Shown piece by piece: positions 47,191 to 48,626 of a DNA stretch of 48,626 bases. The notes under the pieces were generated by a model, which had not been told where the DNA came from, did no database searches, and worked only from the letters and a program-made list of their open reading frames with translations. Each line of letters begins with the position of its first letter. Positions within the stretch are counted from its first letter, which is position 1. Source of the stretch: Betaproteobacteria bacterium (GTDB lineage Bacteria > Pseudomonadota > Gammaproteobacteria > Burkholderiales > Burkholderiaceae); the NCBI GenBank assembly GCA_947378095.1, contig CANCIL010000001.1, positions 1 to 48,626 on the forward strand, written 5' to 3'. A program made the position numbers and the translations under genes.

Positions 47191-47712
47191 TCAGATAAGG
47201 CCCAAAAGGCCCAAAATAGCCCCCAAGACGATGAGATAGAGGGGGTGCCAACGTGTAATTAATGTAAAGCCAATTGTAAAGAGGGTCAAGGCATAAGCTG
47301 CAATACCATGATTAATTTGAAGGGCAATTTCCCATGCCGATGATAGAACGAGCCCAATTGCTAAAGCAGCCGCCGCATATTGAATCGCTTGCTTCTTGAG
47401 GGGATCTTTTATCCCCAGGAGAAGACGCTGTAAATAGAAAATCAAAATAGATGAGGGCCATGCAATTGCAAAGGTTGCAACGAATGCCCCAATCACGCCA
47501 TACAGGTGCCAGCCTATCAAGGTGACCGTCATGTAGTTAGGTCCAGGTGCAGCTTGAGCTATTGCAAAATAATCTGAAAATGTTTGAACGTCAATCCATT
47601 GCTCTTGATTTACGGCAAGATCAAATAAGACAGGAAGAAGGGCGCTAACACCACCAAAAGCGACTAAAGAAAAGGCAGATAGCTTTAAAAATAAGCTCAG
47701 CAGTATAGTCAT
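47191..47712 (-). CDS. Short-chain chromate transporter (CHR family), second subunit
   Basis: AFGG, W...F...AIAQAAPGPN, IGW...G..GA. Confidence 0.9.
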   Translation of the reverse strand: MTILLSLFLKLSAFSLVAFGGVSALLPVLFDLAVNQEQWIDVQTFSDYFAIAQAAPGPNYMTVTLIGWHLYGVIGAFVATFAIAWPSSILIFYLQRLLLGIKDPLKKQAIQYAAAALAIGLVLSSAWEIALQINHGIAAYALTLFTIGFTLITRWHPLYLIVLGAILGLLGLI

Positions 47713-48248
47713 GCTTTATGTGCTTTCTTCCACGCTAAAAAGAGAGCAAATGGAGATGCAAGCAAAACTACCCAACCTAAGCCTAGATGAAAATAACTAG
47801 CGGCCACAATCGTGATGACAACCACGATCAACATGGCAGGGTATTGAAATTCATCCTTGAGCATCTTGAGTCCTGTCGAGGCAATGAGGCCAACACCTAC
47901 TGCAGAGATACCGCGCAAGATGCCTTTAACCGACTCTAAATAACTGTAATGGTCATATAAGACCGCTAATAATAAAACGAGCGACACAGGGCCTATCGTT
48001 AAACCGAGCAATGCAGCTAAAGCACCCCGCGCACCAGCAAATCGAGAGCCAACACAAACAGCGAGATTCATAATATTTGGGCCAGGAACAATCTGACAGA
48101 CACCGAGGAGGGCGCTAAATTCTTCGGAAGTAAGGATTTTGTCGCGCTCTACTAAAGTGCGTCTAGCCCATGGCAAGACCCCACCAAATCCAGACATACC
48201 TATTTTGCTGAAGCTAATAAAGAGTTGTAGAGGAGTTAATTGAGCCAA
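47709..48248 (-). CDS. Short-chain chromate transporter (CHR family), first subunit
   Basis: GFGG...LVER...L...EF...LG.CQ.VPGPN..N; 4-nt overlap with its partner; TTG start. Confidence 0.9.
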   Translation of the reverse strand: MAQLTPLQLFISFSKIGMSGFGGVLPWARRTLVERDKILTSEEFSALLGVCQIVPGPNIMNLAVCVGSRFAGARGALAALLGLTIGPVSLVLLLAVLYDHYSYLESVKGILRGISAVGVGLIASTGLKMLKDEFQYPAMLIVVVITIVAASYFHLGLGWVVLLASPFALFLAWKKAHKA

Positions 48249-48264
48249 GATGAAAGCGCTTTAC

Positions 48265-48624
48265 TTATTGAGGCTTAAATGGATATGGTACAGGTTTATT
48301 GTCGAGCCATGCTTCTAGAGTCTGTGTAATACCTTTAGCGAAGACTTCAAAAATTGGCTCGGCAATAAATCCTAAGTGAGGCGTTACTAAAAGATTGGGA
48401 GTGTTACGTAGAGGATCGGATAATGGAAGCGGCTCTATATCAAAAACATCTACCGCAGCCTGTCTGGGTCTTCCGAACGCTAATGCTTTTTGAAGATCAG
48501 TCATATTAATGAGGGCGGCACGAGAGGTGTTTACCAAAATAGAGTCTGGGCGCATTAAAGCCAGTTGATCAGCTGATATCAAACCTTTGGTACCAGGTCC
48601 TGCAACTAAGTGCAGAGTGATCAC
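48265..48624 (-). CDS. D-2-hydroxyacid dehydrogenase family, C-terminal part (5' end outside window)
   Basis: TLHL, LVNTSRA.LI, DVFDIEPL, TPHLG. Confidence 0.88.
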   Translation of the reverse strand: MITLHLVAGPGTKGLISADQLALMRPDSILVNTSRAALINMTDLQKALAFGRPRQAAVDVFDIEPLPLSDPLRNTPNLLVTPHLGFIAEPIFEVFAKGITQTLEAWLDNKPVPYPFKPQ

Positions 48625-48626
48625 TT

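Noticed and set aside
1-48626. Mobile elements, tRNA/rRNA, CRISPR arrays, defence or toxin-antitoxin systems
   Set aside because: No integrase, transposase, nuclease, repeat-spacer array or RNA gene recognised; intergenic gaps are short and mostly explained

Overview
Gene-dense chromosomal window, roughly 45% GC by eye. Gene content and the many Bug/TctC proteins point to a Burkholderiales betaproteobacterium, most resembling Polynucleobacter (inference). Its core is a microaerobic respiration region: a complete, translationally coupled System I cytochrome c maturation operon (ccmABCDEFGHI), and a cbb3 oxidase locus (MFS-ccoI-ccoS, a perfect FNR box, ccoNOQP-ccoG-short ccoH-membrane protein, convergent fnr, a TauE/DsbD_2-type protein). 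A cytochrome c'/cytochrome b pair lies further downstream. The rest comprises four Bug proteins, two TAXI proteins, a TAXI-TRAP/aldolase/enolase/dehydrogenase catabolic cluster of unknown substrate, a 2OG-Fe dioxygenase, SulP, USP, an M23 peptidase, a site-2 protease, ygiD, crcB and a short-chain chromate transporter pair. Four small genes missing from the supplied ORF track were read from the DNA: ccoS, ccoQ, a 55-aa Pro/Lys/Gly-rich protein and a 45-aa single-TM protein. I saw no rRNA, tRNA, CRISPR array, integrase or transposase. The best leads, all hypotheses, are an MFS translationally coupled to ccoI (possible non-canonical CcoA-like Cu importer), a site-2 protease/small-protein cassette, an orphan acid-catabolic pathway, and a two-TM TAXI protein that looks like a receptor.
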